NCBI GenBank assembly: GCA_900553035.1
Contig: USCC01000001.1
Span: 6,157-70,156 of the forward strand
Direction of reading: 5' to 3'
Source: an uncultured Rhodospirillaceae bacterium
GTDB taxonomy: Bacteria > Pseudomonadota > Alphaproteobacteria > CAAGCB01 > CAG-977
DNA length: 64,000 nt
In this document: positions 61,588 to 64,000 of the stretch, one piece after another
Position numbering within the stretch: the first letter of the stretch is position 1
How the letters are laid out: each line of letters begins with the position of its first letter
Program-made: the position numbers and the translations under genes
The notes under the pieces: model-generated
Told to the model about the DNA's origin: nothing
Database searches by the model: none
What the model saw: the letters and a program-made list of their open reading frames with translations, nothing else

Positions 61588-63154
61588 ATCAATCGCCACC
61601 GTCGGCGGCTTTACAATGATCAGCCGCGTGACAGGTTTTATCCGCGACGTCCTGATCGCCAACTTTCTGGGTGCAGGGATGCTGGCCGATGCCTTTTTCG
61701 TGGCCTTCAAGCTTCCGAATCTGTTCCGCAGCCTGTTTGCCGAAGGGGCGTTCAATGTTGCCTTTGTCCCGCTGTTTTCCGAATTTCTGGAAACGGACGG
61801 ACGGGAAAAGGCGCGGCGTTTTGCCGAAGAAGCTTTTTCGGCGTTGTTTTATATTGTGCTTTTCTTTACGGCGCTGATGGAGATTGCGATGCCGTTCGTC
61901 GTTCTTCTCCAGGCGCCCGGATTTATCGAAGACCCCGCCAAAATGCAGGCGACCGTTTTCATGTCGCGGGTGACGTTCCCCTACCTTCTTCTGGTTTCCC
62001 TGAATTCGCTTCAAAGCGGAATGCTGAATTCCGTCGGAAAGTTCGCCGCGGCCGCATTGACGCCGACGCTTTTGAACCTGACGATGATTGCGGCGCTGTT
62101 CGCGTTGACGCCTCTGACGGGCGGTAACTATGCCCATGCTCTTTCCGCCGGCGTGACTCTGGCCGGATTCCTGCAGCTTTTCTGGCTGATTTATCATACG
62201 CGCCGGGAAGGTCTTCCCCTCGGACTGTTGTCGCCGCTGAACACCCTGAAACGCCGTTCCGAAGAAGTCAGGCTTCTTTTGAAGCGCATTCTGCCGGGAG
62301 TTTTCGGATCGGGCATTTATCAGATCAACCTTTTCCTGGACACGCTGTTTGTCTCCTTCCTGACAACAGGAGCGGTGTCCTGGCTGTATTATGCGAACCG
62401 CCTGTACCAGCTTCCGGTCGGAATCATCGGCGCGGCCATTGGCACTGCTCTTCTGCCCGTTCTGACCCGTCAGCTGAAATCCGGGGCTGAGGAAGAAGCC
62501 CGACACAGCCTGAACCGTGCGCTTGAAGTCGCTCTGCTGTTGTCTGTTCCCGCGGCGGCAGGACTGATCGCACTGGACATGCCGATCATTTCCGTTCTGT
62601 TCGTGCGGGGAAAATTCACGATTGAAGCCGCACAGAACACGGGTCTCGCCCTTTCCGCCTATGCACTTGGTCTGCCGGCGTATATTCTCACCAAAGCGCT
62701 TGCGCCGGTTTTTTATGCCCGCGGGGATACGGCGACACCTGTACGCATCGCGGCGGCGGCGCTGGTCATGTACATCCTGCTGTGTCTGCTTCTTCTGCCC
62801 GTCATGGGATATGTCGGCATCGCCCTGGCAACGGGCATCGTCGCATGGCTGAACGTGATGCAGTATGTTTACCTGATTTACCGCAAAGGCCTTCACCGGA
62901 CGGATGCCGCTTTCCGTTACCGGTCGTTCGCAATCGTGCTTTCCTCTGTCGGTATGGGATGTGCCGTTAAATTCGCCTATGTCTGGTCGCTCGTCCGTTT
63001 TCCCGGGTGGCTGTACCGGACAATGCCTGTCAAAGCCGCGATTCTGTGCGGCCTCGTCGGTCTTGGCGCGGGTCTGTTCACCGTGTTTGTCTTTCTGACG
63101 GGCGGGGTTCGCCGGGATGAACTGAAAAGCATGCTTGCGCGGCGGCGGCGTTGA
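61562..63154 (+). CDS. murJ: lipid II flippase MurJ
   Basis: 530 aa from the ATG at 61562: SRVTGFIRDVLIANFLGAG..ADAFFVAFKLPN..R..FAEGAFN.AFVP. Multi-TM. Overlaps the glnD end by 26 nt. Confidence 0.92.
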   Translation: MATPHSLVKSIATVGGFTMISRVTGFIRDVLIANFLGAGMLADAFFVAFKLPNLFRSLFAEGAFNVAFVPLFSEFLETDGREKARRFAEEAFSALFYIVLFFTALMEIAMPFVVLLQAPGFIEDPAKMQATVFMSRVTFPYLLLVSLNSLQSGMLNSVGKFAAAALTPTLLNLTMIAALFALTPLTGGNYAHALSAGVTLAGFLQLFWLIYHTRREGLPLGLLSPLNTLKRRSEEVRLLLKRILPGVFGSGIYQINLFLDTLFVSFLTTGAVSWLYYANRLYQLPVGIIGAAIGTALLPVLTRQLKSGAEEEARHSLNRALEVALLLSVPAAAGLIALDMPIISVLFVRGKFTIEAAQNTGLALSAYALGLPAYILTKALAPVFYARGDTATPVRIAAAALVMYILLCLLLLPVMGYVGIALATGIVAWLNVMQYVYLIYRKGLHRTDAAFRYRSFAIVLSSVGMGCAVKFAYVWSLVRFPGWLYRTMPVKAAILCGLVGLGAGLFTVFVFLTGGVRRDELKSMLARRRR

Positions 63155-63201
63155 TTTTATAAATAGAAATCTGTTTTAACTTATTTGTCGGACACAAAAA
63201 C

Positions 63202-64000
63202 ATGGAACGTATTTTTTCAGGAGCCCAACCTACCGGAAACCTTCATCTCGGGAACTATCTCGGCGCCATCCGCAACTGGGTCAAGCTGCAGGATACGTAC
63301 GAATGCGTCTACTGCGTTGTCGACATGCATGCCATCACGATTTTCAAGGAACCGGAAGAACTGGTTCACAATGTACATGAGGTTGCGGCCTGTATGCTGG
63401 CGGCCGGCGTTGATCCGAAGCGCCATATCCTGTTCAACCAGAGCCGCGTTCCGGCTCACGCACAGCTGGCCTGGGTTTTGAACTGCACCGCCCGCATGGG
63501 ATGGATGAGCCGCATGACACAGTTTAAGGACAAGGCCGGAAAAAATCGTGAAAATGCCTCCTTGGGCCTGTTTGCGTATCCGTCCCTGATGGCTGCGGAT
63601 ATCCTGGTCTACAAAGCCACGCATGTGCCTGTCGGCGAAGATCAGAAGCAGCATCTGGAACTGGCCCGCGACATTGCCGTCAAGTTCAACAATGATTTCA
63701 GGCGCGATGTATTTCCCCTGCCCGAACCGGTCATGCTGGGCACCTCCCGCCGTGTCATGAGCCTGCGCGACGCGACAAAGAAAATGAGCAAATCCGACCC
63801 GTCGGATTACTCACGTATCAACCTGGCGGATGATGCCGACACGATCGCATTGAAAATCCGCAAGGCCAAAACCGATCCGCTTCCCCTGCCGGAAACAATG
63901 GAAGGGTTTGAAGGCCGCCCCGAGGCTTTGAACCTGGTCAATATTTATGCCGGCATTCAGGACATCACGACGGAAGAGGCTCTGAAACAGATCGGCGGAC
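63202..64000 (+). CDS. trpS: tryptophan--tRNA ligase (3' end outside the window)
   Basis: Missing from the ORF track because no stop falls inside the window. ATG at 63202; the translation [23 protein letters not shown]...KMSKSDP carries the class I HIGH-type and KMSKS motifs. Confidence 0.92.
   Translation, partial: MERIFSGAQPTGNLHLGNYLGAIRNWVKLQDTYECVYCVVDMHAITIFKEPEELVHNVHEVAACMLAAGVDPKRHILFNQSRVPAHAQLAWVLNCTARMGWMSRMTQFKDKAGKNRENASLGLFAYPSLMAADILVYKATHVPVGEDQKQHLELARDIAVKFNNDFRRDVFPLPEPVMLGTSRRVMSLRDATKKMSKSDPSDYSRINLADDADTIALKIRKAKTDPLPLPETMEGFEGRPEALNLVNIYAGIQDITTEEALKQIGG

Noticed and set aside
63185-63481. The listed 98-aa ORF at the start of the last gene.
   Set aside because: It is out of frame with a much better reading. 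The frame starting at ATG 63202 encodes a textbook TrpS (GNLHLGNY ... KMSKS) and stays open to the window edge.

Overview
This window is a core chromosomal segment of a moderately GC-rich Alphaproteobacterium with Rhodospirillales-like synteny. I found no transposase, integrase, phage gene, CRISPR array or rRNA. I do not see a convincing new multi-gene system, and most of the window is housekeeping. Recognisable blocks: (1) the replication cluster dnaA-dnaN-recF-gyrB, followed by tRNA-Thr, on the minus strand (7.0-14.0 kb), with rpsT upstream. (2) The complete rimP-nusA-ylxR-infB-rbfA-(HAD)-truB-rpsO-pnp cluster on the minus strand (21.9-31.8 kb). (3) HTH-metK-trmB-STAS (32-34.8 kb). (4) The alphaproteobacterial block tsaE-amgK-murU-addB-addA-trxA on the plus strand (39.4-48.3 kb). 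(5) typA, ampG, a PhoR-like kinase, malic enzyme, mutS, glnD, murJ and the 5' part of trpS (50.5-64 kb). Non-core content: a TM1266-like regulator plus hydG ([FeFe]-hydrogenase maturase) at 2.7-4.4 kb; a Vat/XAT-type acetyltransferase directly downstream of tRNA-Thr; and an orphan Arg/Lys-rich protein plus a membrane-tethered SNase-like nuclease inserted just upstream of tsaE. Observations most worth a second look: two intact but catalytically degenerate kinase homologues (a DivL-like histidine-kinase homologue without the acceptor His, and a UbiB/ABC1 homologue without its catalytic motifs); a ~30% GC, 279-bp spacer at 34.8-35.1 kb that coincides with the major gene-orientation switch; a 257-bp spacer between convergent genes with nested long-range complementarity (possible sRNA); and a probable non-canonical ATT start for addB. 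Many very long antisense ORFs in the supplied track are shadow ORFs and are rejected. All calls rest on reading the translations and sequence by eye; no database search was run.
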